64,000 bases of DNA from Balamuthia mandrillaris (Eukaryota). The position numbers and the translations under genes are program-made. Location: positions 372,001 to 436,000 of the forward strand of contig JAVKOQ020000009.1 of assembly GCA_031835245.2 (NCBI GenBank). Direction: 5' to 3'. Of this stretch, positions 13,058 to 24,310 are shown one piece after another. The notes below the pieces were generated by a model, which searched no databases, had not been told where the DNA came from, and saw only the letters and a list, made by a program, of their open reading frames with translations. Position 1 is the first letter of the stretch, and each line of letters begins with the position of its first letter.

Positions 13058-13623
13058 CGTACTTTTTAGTAGCGGCACAAAGTAAACCTGCTGTCAACCT
13101 GCCGGCTGGAACCAAGGGTGTAACTCTACGCCAAGCCCTCTCTCCCTCTTGTTCTGCGATGGCGCTTATTTGATTTGTTGTGTATATTCTTTTATTATTA
13201 TTTGTTTTATTTTTTTTTGTTTGCACACTGCCTGAGGAGTCCTCACAATCGCTCACCAATGAATGCCCGAACAATGTAGGCGTGGAACCCGCCCTGCCCT
13301 TCCGCCCCCAACGCCTACATTGTTCACCGCCTACATTAAACTTGCACATTTTGCAAATCTTGCCACAATGGGTGGATGCATTCGCGGGTGTAGGACCCAA
13401 TGCTGCCGGACACTAATTTGGTGATGGGTTCCACGGCCGTGTTCCGTACCGTAGGACTGAACAACCATTCATCGTCCGCCCACAACACCCCGTCGGCTCC
13501 ATCGGGCAACTCGAACAATATTTTTACTTTTCTGTTTGTTTTGTTTCTTCCTTTTCTTTTGAACTCGCTGAAAAACTTACTACAGAAAATAGGGGGGGGC
13601 AAAGACCGTGGTAGACGCTTAAC

Positions 13624-16600
13624 CTACTGAGGCGGTTTGTAGGGAGAAGAGTTGCCAGGGACAGAGTCTCGCCGTGTGGAGACAGTATCTTCCTCCTCTT
13701 CCTCCTCTTCAGCAGAGCCGCCAGTAGCCATACTTGTGTCGATTATGTTGCTATGCAATGTAAATCCATCAGCGCCGCTGCTATCTGTCTTTTTAAGAGG
13801 AGAGGAGGCCCTGCTTGATCCCTTGGACGAAAACAGGGAAAGGAACGATTTCTTTTCAGAGGCTGATTTGTCGGAGTGTTTTCCGAGGCTTTGCTTATCT
13901 TTCTTTGGTGTGCTCATCTGCTCATCGGCCGCGTCAAGCCCTACCGCTGCAATCTTCTTCTGCTTTGAGGCAGCAGGGGAAGCAGCAACAACGTCACCGC
14001 CGTTTGAGCCACCGGAGGGGCCTGCAGCGGGTCCTTTCTTGCCTCCGCCTCCACGAATAGGCCTTGCAATGCGGGCATGTCCTCCTGGGTTAAACGAAGT
14101 GGATCTCTGCCTCCGTTTCATCGCTATACATGGAAAAAGCACACAAACGATAGGCGTAAGGGTCTCCTTCGCTAAAACACCCAACATAACATGCACAATA
14201 CACAGAACTAAAAATTGAGCGACAAACCAGCTTCTAATTTTGCCTTCAGTTCTTCCACCAATTCTTTGTATTTAGCAATGGCTGCTGCATGACTGTTTTA
14301 CAAGAAGATTGAAAAAGCAGGAGTTAAAAACGTAAACTCAAGGAGGGTAGCAAAGCAAGGACAGGATGGTGAACTTACCTCTCAGCCTGCTGCTGCAGTT
14401 TTTCTTGAGCAGAAGCTAAAAGAACTTCCAAACCGCTAATTCGCTGGTTCCTTGCGGCTAATTTTTTCTCGGAGACTTTCTTTTCCAGGCGGAGAGCATT
14501 GTTTTGGTTCACCAGTTGTTGATGAACCCTAGTAAGCTGCTCCAGATTTCGCTCTAAGAACATGTTACGCTTTTGTAGTGACTTGTTCGAAGAATTCTTC
14601 AGTAGTTGTTCGTACTGCTCTCTGGCTTCGTCCAAAAGCATTTCAAGATCTATGACTTTTTCGCACCGGTTCTGTAGGTCGCGCAGAAGGGAAGTTTTGA
14701 GCGCGTCAAATTCAGTAAGCTTTGTTGCGGTTTTCTGACGGAGGTCATTTAACTCTTGCTCTAGCTTTATCCGCTTATCCTCGTTTTGCTGGCTTTGCTC
14801 AGCCTCTCTTTCTTTTTGCATTTTAGCAAGACGCTCCTCATACTCCTTTTTGACTTTTTCGAGTTCCTGTAAATGCCTCTTTCGTTCTGCTTCCAATTTT
14901 GAAATTTGTCCCTTTTGTTCTTCCATTTCCGTACGCAACATCTCCATTTCAAAACTTTCCACGCCTGTGCCTTCACCAACAGCCCCTCCAACAGCAGCGC
15001 CTTCATCAACGATGCTACCTGCAGGAGTGTCCCCAGACTTAGGTGACATCTTCGTAGAAGCCGCGCTGCTATCCCATCTATCCAGCAGCCCATCCTCTTC
15101 TTCGTCAAGTGGCTCCATCACAGCAACATCCACCTCAACTTCGTCTAATCCGAGCTGAGACGCCAAGTCCTCTTCTTCAACTTCTTCCTGCTTCAAGCTG
15201 TTTTGTTGTTTGAGAGCTTCGGACGAGCTTGAAATTGCTGCATCTGGTTCTGAAACGGGAGGACGATGTCTGATGCATTCGTTTTCTTGTGCAAGTTTTT
15301 GGTTCTCCTCTTCCAAAGCCTTCAACCGTTGTTCCAATTCGGCTATTCTCGCACGCTGCTCCTGTGAAACTGCAGCGGTCGAACTGTTAGCCTGTTCCTG
15401 CTGGCCGCTTGGCGCAGCCGCTTTCTGGATTGTTTCCTTATCGTCTGTTCGTTTGCTCTCCTCTGAAACCGTCGTTCGCTCCCGTACAGGCACTGAAGGA
15501 GAGGCCTTTGAGTCTTCACTTGACCCCGAAAGTATTTCCTGGATTTGGCTTACGTCGATCTCCAACGACTTTCTTATCTCCTTTGCTTTCTGCAAGAACT
15601 GTGATTGCTGGGCTTCAAGCTCGGCTCTCTTTTTCTTTTTAAGTTCTTCTTTCTTTGCTGCTTCCTGTTCCTCGTATTTCTTCTGAAATTCTTGCAGCTG
15701 AGCGTTATCTTTTTGAAGCACTTCCAACTGCTTTGTTAAGTTATCTATTTGCTCATTCAAACTGTCCATCATCATTTGGCTTTCATTCTTTTCGTATTCC
15801 AGCTTTTCTTGAGATATAGTCATCTCAGCAAGCTTACCGACCATTATTTGATTTTCCTAAAACACATCAAAGTCAAATAAAAAATCAAACGACAAGCCGA
15901 GAGGGAGAGAGAGAGAGAGTGAGAGGGGGGAGGGAAGAGATTTAAAAAAAAAGATAGACGTACCTTCTCAAACTCTTCTTGGGCAGCAATAGCTTGTTCC
16001 AGCTCTTCCTTAAACTTCTTCGCTTTCTCCAACTCCGAAGTAAGTTCTTGTTCCTGATAATTTTTCATGAGTATGTCAGCTTATAATACTACTAACGCGC
16101 TTGTGGCAATGTTACCTTGTCACGCAGTTCATCTTCCAACGAGTCTTGCTTTTCCAACAATTTACGCTTTTCTTCCTCGGCTTCCTTAAGCTTTTCCTCA
16201 AGCTCATTGCATCGATCTAGAAGTGGTAGTAACGTAAGCACAAATAATGCGTACACATAACAAGAACTCTTGTACCTTGAATCTTTGCAACGTTGGGTAA
16301 TTTGGAGCGACTGTCAGGACTAAGCAACTTTGGTGCAGATTCACTTGCAATAAGGTTTTTAACAGGCAGTTTGGCAGGGGAATCGCCCCTGTACAATCGC
16401 AATTCTTCTTCCATACCCGCGATATACGAGTTCAAACGAGCTATTTCTTTGTTTGCAACAGCAAGAAGTTGCTTCAGCTCTTCTACACTCATGTCTTGAT
16501 TTACTTTGGCTTTGTTCTTGATGGTTTTTGCTCTGGTTTTACATGATAGAGAGTCAGCTACAGATAAGGAAGAAGCTCGGTGCACAAAAGAAAGCACCTT

Positions 16601-18055
16601 ATGCCAAAGCGGAGAGTGGAAAGCGTCTCCTCTTCATTGTAGCTACTAGGGCTGCAATTGATAACCAGAGTTGTCCGCGAGTTACCACCTAAAGACTCTT
16701 GTAAAATACGGGTAAGCTTGGAGTCGCGGTACGGAATGTGTTTTGACTTGAACAGCGTGAAGAAAAGCAGGGGCCGGTCAGTGGTTATATCCATATAATT
16801 TGAAGTCGCGTAGCAGTTATGCGTACCTTTCCGTCAGTTAGGGCATTTATCACGTTTCCAAGAGCGGAAAGCGACTTGTTGATGCCTTTAGCTTCATCAA
16901 GGGTCTGACCCGTGGCTCCAGTTTTGCCAACTTTCTCCGATCCCGCCAAATCAACCAGGTATAATTTGCCGCGCATTGTGCTACCTGTAGTCAAATTCTT
17001 CTGTTCCACTGTAAGAATGAAAATGCTATGCGACCGAGAGCTCACGTCGTTCATGTCTGTTGCAGGTGTTGTGAGTTTTTTTCAAAATAAAGACTATTGG
17101 TAACGTGTTCAAGAGAATGAGCACTTACTCGTAGCCGCCACTTTACGATTATCCTGACCAGTGTCCATCACCCGCGTAACTTCCTCCTCACATGTTACAT
17201 ACACTTCAGTAACTCCCTCTACGTACACACTCTTGTCTCTGTTTTCCCTCACTTTAAGGTCCATGTTCTCCGCTGGGGGAAGCCAAAAAGTTGAAGAAAA
17301 ACATGGAGACAAAGAAGAAGAAAAATAATGTTAGATAAACGAAGCGCCGCCAATACACGCCCCGCTTGCATTAGTGGTACGTACGATTCAAGAGGTCCCT
17401 GATCCGTTCCATGTAGATTTCTATGTAAGAGACTTTAACCAAAAATTCGAGCGTTTCGGGGGCTTCCGCTACTTCAGAAAAAATAGTTTCGATCATGCGG
17501 GGTATAATGCCTTTCAGGGCTGCGTCATGAATGTCCGGCCCCTGGTTTGTTTTTGTCATGACAAGCAGTTAGCAACAACCTCACCTCTGAAATGTAAAAG
17601 GCGCCGAGATAAAAGGGGACTGTGAAGCACCTGCATGGTGTGCGTTTTGCCACTTCCTGTCTGCCCATACGCAAAAATGGTGCCATTGTAGCCCTTGAAC
17701 AAGTCTGAAGACAAGACCATAAGTCAGTATTTTCAAATCCTAAGAGAACAAATGCAAAAAACAAAGCCAACCACAAGGACATCTTACCATCAATAACAGG
17801 CTTAGCAGCGTAATTGTAGATCTCCAGTTGTGTGGTTGATTGTGGAAAGATTCGATCAAAGTTGAAAGTTTTGGGCTGGGCCTGAGTGACAAGAATTTTA
17901 GTAACAAGCAACGTGAGCCTGAGTTCAATATTTACCTTGCCCACTTTGACGGTAGTTCCATCAGGGCTGATCTCGATGATTTCTTCTGCCCCTTTGGCTA
18001 TCTCCTTTTTATTTTGGGGCCTAAATCGACAGACAACCTTGATTGTGCTCGCCAT
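13624..18055 (-). CDS. KIF5: Kinesin-1 (conventional kinesin) heavy chain
   Basis: [22 protein letters not shown] (spliced), [38 protein letters not shown]; coiled-coil stalk; tail [19 protein letters not shown] and IAK-type [11 protein letters not shown]. Confidence 0.95.
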
Positions 18056-18899
18056 GGCTTAGTGTAGACCGCCCGCGACCTTGGGCCAGCCTTCCACCAC
18101 AAGCCTTACTTTTTTTCTCTTACCCCTTTTCTTGCCTTTCTTTCCTCAGGCCTCCTTCCTTCCTTCCTTTTACTTGGTCCGTCCTCTTCTTCTTCCTCTT
18201 TGTCCCACCACAGCAACGGACGGGAGGGGCAGAGAGAGGCGAAAAGATCATAAGATCTCAAGTGTCTACCAAAATTCCAGAACAATCTAAGGACGGGGCA
18301 AAGATCATAAGATCTAAGGATCGGCTTGATCTTCAGACCAATCATAGTGAACGATTATCGCTGACATTTTCGACGTCGAAATGTCATACCAAGACTTGTG
18401 GAAGAAATACGGTGTGGCGTGGAGCTTCGTGGATGTGTGCGTGTTTACTTTTGAAAAGAAAGAAGAGAAGAGAACGATGAAGAGAAGAGAACGATGAAGA
18501 GAAGAGAAGAGAAGAGAAGAGAAGAAAACGAGTAGCAGAAAGTGTCAAGGCGAATGACGATTCACCCCACCACCCCAACCCGCCTTAGTTAACAACTGGA
18601 TATAAGTGGATTTGGCCTCTGAGGAGGAATCACAATGTGAACGCTATCCTGGTCGGCTCTTGGGAAGAGGTCGTTCTTAGTATTTCCTTCCGGTTGCAGA
18701 AGTGTGAAGCTTCCAATGGGGATGTCGTTAGATGTTCAGATACACTGCATGGCTCATGGGCTTGGTTGTGTGGTTAGTTCATAGTGGTTGTTAGCCAGTG
18801 AAATATGAGCCCAAAAATGGGGGGATGGTCAAAAAACCCTTCTAGTTCCACGAAGAGACTGGTGACTTGTCATTTACAGAGGTGATTGTGGTTTTCTTT

Positions 18900-19135
18900 T
18901 GAGAGAGCTGAAGTTGCTCAGGGTAATCTTTTCTCCCAAGTATGCTAGAAGGACTATATCATCCACATAGGTAGTAGTAGTAGTAATAAGAAGTTTATTT
19001 GCTCTGAGAGCAACACCAATCTATACATAAAAAGTAAGCATTGTACATACATAGTGTACTCTTACTTCTCTTACTCCCTCATCCACATAGGTAATTGTGG
19101 CAATACTCTGTTGCTTCCTGGTGGTGTATCTTAAC
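18900..19135 (-). pseudogene. Non-LTR reverse transcriptase remnant (family B), interrupted by a LINE tail insertion
   Basis: Removing the insert and one TSD copy reconstitutes YTTRKQQSIATITYVDDIVLLA, homologous to YTMRKGRHIAIIAYVDDIVILA at ~31530-31600. Confidence 0.8.
18974..19078 (-). mobile_element. 105-nt 5'-truncated LINE (family A) 3' end with 15-bp TSD
   Basis: Flanked by TCATCCACATAGGTA at 18959-18973 and 19079-19093. Ends AATAAA...(TAC)n on the minus strand. Identical by eye to ~20663-20770. Confidence 0.9.
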
Positions 19136-19420
19136 TCACTTTCAGACTAACTTTGTACTATCTAGCTTTCCTTTTCTTTCCCCTTTACTTTCTTCTTCTC
19201 TTTTCCTTACTTTTACATTACTTCCAAAGATTGATAAAATGCAGAAGAATCCAGACTCATTTACAACTTTGCTTACATTGTTCCATCTCTTGAGCTCTGT
19301 TGCATTTTTCCACTTGACAGGAGCTTTGTTGTACAGTCTTCTATAATCAGCTTTCTGACTTGTTGAAGTTTTAAGAGAACACTTCCTGTTAAGATGTCCA
19401 AATCTTTGGGAAGATCGCTT
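19136..19420 (-). mobile_element. Older, internally deleted LINE family A ORF2 3' fragment
   Basis: Diverged match to ~20828-21160 (ttcagactaactttgta..., ttacattacttccaaagattgataaaatgcagaagaa). Confidence 0.75.
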
Positions 19421-20662
19421 TCTTGTTCTTGTGTAAAGAGAGAGAAGAGAAGTATTTTTAGTTAAAAAGTAAAAACAGGGAATGAAGGGGACATGGGCTA
19501 GTAGTTTCTCAGTACTTAAATTCCAGACCCAGGGAAGGCAGGAAATCTTTGAAATGGCTTGAGTTTAACATAAAAAGCTCAATAATGATTGTTAATAAAA
19601 CAGAAGAAAGGAACTAAGAAATAATCATACTTGAGATAGTTATATTAGTTAACTATACTTTTATGGCTTGGGTATTGAAGAACAAGTCAAAAAGCTGATT
19701 TTTGAAGATAGCACAACAAATTTTTAGTTTCATTTTACTTTTTGACTTAATTAAACTTAAAGAAGCTCCTTTTTGTTTGTGCTATATTAAAAGTAAAGAG
19801 TACAAGTGATAGAAATGTATCTTGTCTTGTGTTAAATGTTGTTTAAGTAAAAAATAAGAGCAAAGAGAGGTGATATTTAAGTTAGAAGAAAAAAGATCAT
19901 AAAAAATACAGAGAAATATTAACATAAAAGGACAGAGAAAAAAAGGAAACATCAAGAAAGGAGGATTATGGTGTCCTCTCTAAGAAAAAGAGTGATAAAG
20001 CCACTTCCTCCTTTTCCTTTGACCATTATTAGTACTCTTCTGATCATTGCATTGTTGTTGGCATAATGAAGTTTGTTCAAGTTTTTTAACTACTGATGTA
20101 GTTTAAAGCTAAATATAATAGTACAAGATGAGGTTTTTAACAAAACCCATTTCACCTGAGACTCTGCAACTATGATTAAGCCAAAAAAGAATAGATGCCT
20201 GAAAACAAAATGAAAAAAGAAAGAAAGTTTTAGTTTAATAGTGTGCCTCCAAGGAATCAAGCTGTTAGAAAACCAACCATTTCTTTCATTATGACTTCCT
20301 GTCGACACTCCGCCCTGGATACTTCCAAATACTTTCACCCTTTTTATTTTCCCCTTTTCCTTACGACACATTCAAAGTACACACTTTGGCTCACCCCCCT
20401 TTTTTTATGTAAATAGACCCAGTGTCACTTACATGTTATCACTTTCTTGATCTGCAGGGTTATTTTCCATTAACAAAGCAATGAGAAAGTGATAAGGCTG
20501 ATAGAAGAACAGCCTAACAAACACTAACTTGATAGGTGTAGGGAAAAGACCTTTAATATAATGAAAAAAAGAAATATAAAAACATGCAGAAATAGGGATT
20601 GATATTATAGGAAAGTGGTATAACAGAAGTGTGCTAGTAAATTATAGTAGTGATAAGAAGTA

Positions 20663-21367
20663 GTAGTAGTAGTAATAAGAAGTTTATTTGCTCTGAGAGC
20701 AACACCAATCTATACATAAAAAGTAAGCATTGTACATACATAGTGTACTCTTACTTCTCTTACTCCCTCATCCTCGATGCCTTTCCAATTGTTATGATAG
20801 TTCACAAGTGAAAGGTGTTGAATGAGATTTCAGACTAACTTTGTATCATCTTGCTATCCTTTTTCTTTCCCTTTCCTTTCTTCTCTTTTCTTTGCTTTTA
20901 CATTACTTCCAAAGATTGATAAAATGCAGAAGAACTTCCATGCTTCCAACTTGCTCTTGCTGCCCATAATCTCCAGACTCTTTTACAACTTTGCTTACAT
21001 TGTTCCATCTCTTGATCTCTGTTGCATTTCGTTCCACTTGACAAGAGCTTTGTTGTACAGTCCTCTATAATCAGCTTTCTAACTTGTTCTTCATTTCCAT
21101 TGTCCACACTCCAGATTCTAAAGCAATCTTCCCAAAGATTTGGACATCTTAACAGGAAGTGTTCTGCTGTTTCTTCCTCAGCACCACATGCAGGGCACTT
21201 ACTATCCTCCTCAGACTGCTGAATGGCTCCCCACTTTTTTCCAATGGGCAGTCCACCACAACGAATAGCATTCATCAAACGTTCTTTCCTTGGGTTGGTA
21301 ATCACTAAGCTCCGTTGTTGTCCAACCAAACAACTTCCATTTGTCAAGAAGTTATGCCATAGCCATG
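20663..21367 (-). mobile_element. ~705-nt 5'-truncated LINE (family A) with C-terminal zinc-knuckle and 13-bp TSD
   Basis: Open frame to the stop at 20898 includes CPACGAEEETAEHFLLRCP (CCHC zf-RVT type). TSD GTGATAAGAAGTA at 20650-20662 and 21368-21380; (TAC)n tail. Confidence 0.88.
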
Positions 21368-21774
21368 GTGATAAGAAGTATATTTGCTTTGAGAACAACA
21401 CCAATCTATACATAAAAAGCAAGCATTGTATATACATAGTGTACTCTTGCCTTTTTTATCGTTGATACAAGTAAATCCAAAATCAAAAGAGAAAGGCAAA
21501 CAACCTATTATGGATTAAATGAAAACACTTCATTCTTAGCCTTTTCTGAGAGTAATTCTTTTCATTTGTGAAAAACAAGAAAAACAGCCAGGGACAAGCT
21601 CCTGATGAACACCAACTTAATGTGCATAGGAAAAAGATCTTTATAAGAATGAATGAAAGAAATGTATATACATGACAAAATAGGGAAAAGTAGCATTGGA
21701 GAGTGATTTTACATTTCTCTCTCCCAGGTCACTTTGTGATAAAAACAGCAGGCCAATACTTATGATATCACTAT

Positions 21775-22420
21775 CTAACATGCCTGGACTAGGCCTGGGG
21801 CATTGATAATGTTATATTTGTGGCAGTTGAAGAAACCTTTGCACTTCAACCTATACTGAGGTCCTTGGCTAGTATAGCCGTGATCAAGAACTTCATTGTC
21901 AATACACAACACTGTTATTTGTTCCAGTCATGATCAACGTGGGCACTTTGCTGTTTTGGATGATGAGGAGAGTTAGTAGGCACTGATATAATGTGTGTTG
22001 ATGGTGGCGATCTGGCTGAATGCTCCTTCTTTGATGAGCAGAGGATACTGTTGTCATGTCATTGATTACTTTGTTGATGAATAATAATCAGCACAAATGC
22101 ATGTGAGGATAACAAAAGAATTACTAAACTGAACAAAAACAATACAAGACAAAAGAAAAAGAAAAGAACACCAACAGAAGATAAAGAACCAAAGAAATAA
22201 GAAGATAACAAACAAGACCACAACATGAAAAGGAAACTTACAGAACAGTCTTGATATGGAATGTGTGAAGAGAAGTGAACTGACTGATGATGTCTATGGT
22301 GATCAGAACATAGTTGAAGCCTTTGGAAAAAGTGAGCAGTGGGCCACAATCACCAATAGTGATAGAATCAAAGCTGTGGATAGTGATTGCACTGTGGGCA
22401 AGTGAAGGGATAGTCAGCAT
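21775..22420 (-). mobile_element. Ty3/Gypsy chromovirus-like integrase and chromodomain remnant
   Basis: SFDSITIGDCGPLLTFSKGFNYVLITIDIISQF resembles the rve core start. 21894-21775 encodes EVLDHGYTSQGPQYRLKCKGF...NAPGLVQA (chromodomain-like). Confidence 0.7.
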
Positions 22421-22735
22421 GGAAAGTCAGGGCCATCACTTGTCCTAGTGCTATTCATTCCTTCATCGATTCACTCCTTGCTGCTACTTGTCAAGCCAAG
22501 ATTACCACAGACAAACATACTGTCCAATCAGCCACTGCAGTACCTTCATTACCTACTCTTTCACAGTTCCTCTTGAATATCCACATTCTCTCTAACAACA
22601 TCTTCCCTCTTCCTCTTCTCAACATATGTCCTGTGCTACTTAGCCAAGACTTTATTCTTAGCACTAACATTAAGGTCATTCATTGACACGAACACTTCTG
22701 AGATTCCAAGCTATGAACTTAGTGTGCAATCACTT

Positions 22736-22736
<1 letters not shown>

Positions 22737-22779
<43 letters not shown>

Positions 22780-22780
22780 A
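22737..22780 (+). repeat. (TAAA)n microsatellite
   Basis: About ten perfect units. Confidence 0.95.
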
Positions 22781-22849
22781 GAAATGAACAAGCAAGAGGA
22801 AAGAAGCCACACTATATAGCCCTCTCTGCAGGAAGCTTCACTACAGAGT

Positions 22850-23980
22850 ACCAGTCCTTGCCAGAAAAAAAGAGTGAAAGGATGGAGCTGCACTGTGGCT
22901 TCCTCACCATCCTTCCCTACCAATTTCCCAATCAAAATGATAAATTTTCCCCCTTAATTTTGCAAACAATTTTTTTCTTATGCACAATGACAATGAATCT
23001 TGGACAAGGTGAGCATGTTGTCTTCACGTCGGTGCTTTGGTACAATGGATGAGAAGCGAAGAAAGTGGCATTGTGCTTTGAAGTGCATCAAAAATGTCCC
23101 AGCCCAGAAAAATGATCCTTTAGTCATTGAATAACACAAGCATGTGTTAGTTTAAAGAAAAGTAGCAGGTCTTTTATTTTTGGACTTTATCCTTTCACTG
23201 GCACCAGTTCTGAAGGCAAGTCAGTAGAAACAAAGGAAAAGGTGTGAACATGGCTCATTGACTTGATGCAACTAACAACTAGATACCCGATTGTTTGTTA
23301 TGATTGCTTCTACTTGGAAAATTCTCTATAGCTCCAGCTTTACTAAATGAACAAGGAGTCCATTTCACCATAGTGTAAAAGTTGCTTGGTACAAGTTTGC
23401 ATCTGCTCACTTGGGTGCCAAGTTAGACCAGGGGATACCCAGGCAGGAATGGCCAACAAGAACACGAAGTAGTAGCAGGAATGACTTAGAGTTTCAGAGA
23501 AGTGCACTTTGATGATTTATTTCAAATTCATGTGTAGCTAAACACCATTTCTGTGTGGATAGAACTTCACAAGGGACAGAAAACTTGTATTAAGTTAAAG
23601 ATTCAACTCAGTGAAGAACTCTTTGAGAGAGCATACAATGATGACCTTCTTGCCTCTCAGTGGTAATAAAATAATTGAAAAAATTTGTCTGCAAAATTAA
23701 GGGAGGAAATTTATTATTATTATTTTGATTGGGAAATTGGTGGGAAAGGATGGTAAGGAAGACACTGTACAACATAGCCAGTGCTGGCCAGGCAAAAAAG
23801 AATAAAAAAGGAGAGGGAAGGAGTATCATATGGTGCAGCTAGCACTAGCCAGGCAAAAAAGGATTAAAGTGGAGAGGGAAGGAGCTGTGCCATACAGCAC
23901 AGCCATTACCAGGCCGCCAAAAAAAAGTGAGCAAGATGGAAGGAGTGGTGCTATGTGGGACAGCTAGTGCTGGCTGGGAC
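22850..23980. repeat. Inverted ~90-bp repeat pair with adjacent ~60-bp tandem subrepeats (probable DNA-transposon ends)
   Basis: 22891-22977 matches the reverse complement of ~23677-23768. Three degenerate units (gccag..gccaggcaaaaaag...ggagagggaaggag) lie at ~23777-23975. Confidence 0.65.
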
Positions 23981-24108
23981 AACTGCTTTGGTGTCCTTGG
24001 TTGTGTATCATCCACCATGGCTCTGAAGTCTTTGGTTGTTTCTGTATCTTTATTATCAATTCCTTAAACTCTGAGTGTTGGTAAAATCACCAACACTTAT
24101 CTCAAGAC

Positions 24109-24310
24109 TCCTCATGTTGGATCCGTCCCGGACCCTCAGCTCTCCTTTCTTTTGTATCCCCCATCCTTCCTTTCTCCCTTTTCCCCTCTCTCTCGGTGTA
24201 CTTTGAAGCAACGTCGGAGATTCACTTTCGTTGTCCTTCTATTCTCTTGAATACACTCCTTGTCTCGTCACTGACTCTTTCCTTCCTAAGGTTGGATTTA
24301 ACCATGAGGA
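24109..24310. mobile_element. ~200-bp short element with inverted ends (MITE or solo LTR)
   Basis: TCCTCATG...CATGAGGA termini. Its right half is homologous to ~33009-33116. Confidence 0.5.

Noticed and set aside
22500..22780. Possible plus-strand LINE 3' end with zinc-knuckle trace and (TAAA)n tail
   Set aside because: Requires frameshifts, and no TSD was identified.
23400..23480. LGIPW retropepsin-like motif on the minus strand
   Set aside because: Single short motif; no catalytic D(T/S)G found.
23777..23975. CRISPR-like periodic repeats
   Set aside because: Degenerate tandem units without unique spacers; eukaryotic context and no cas genes.
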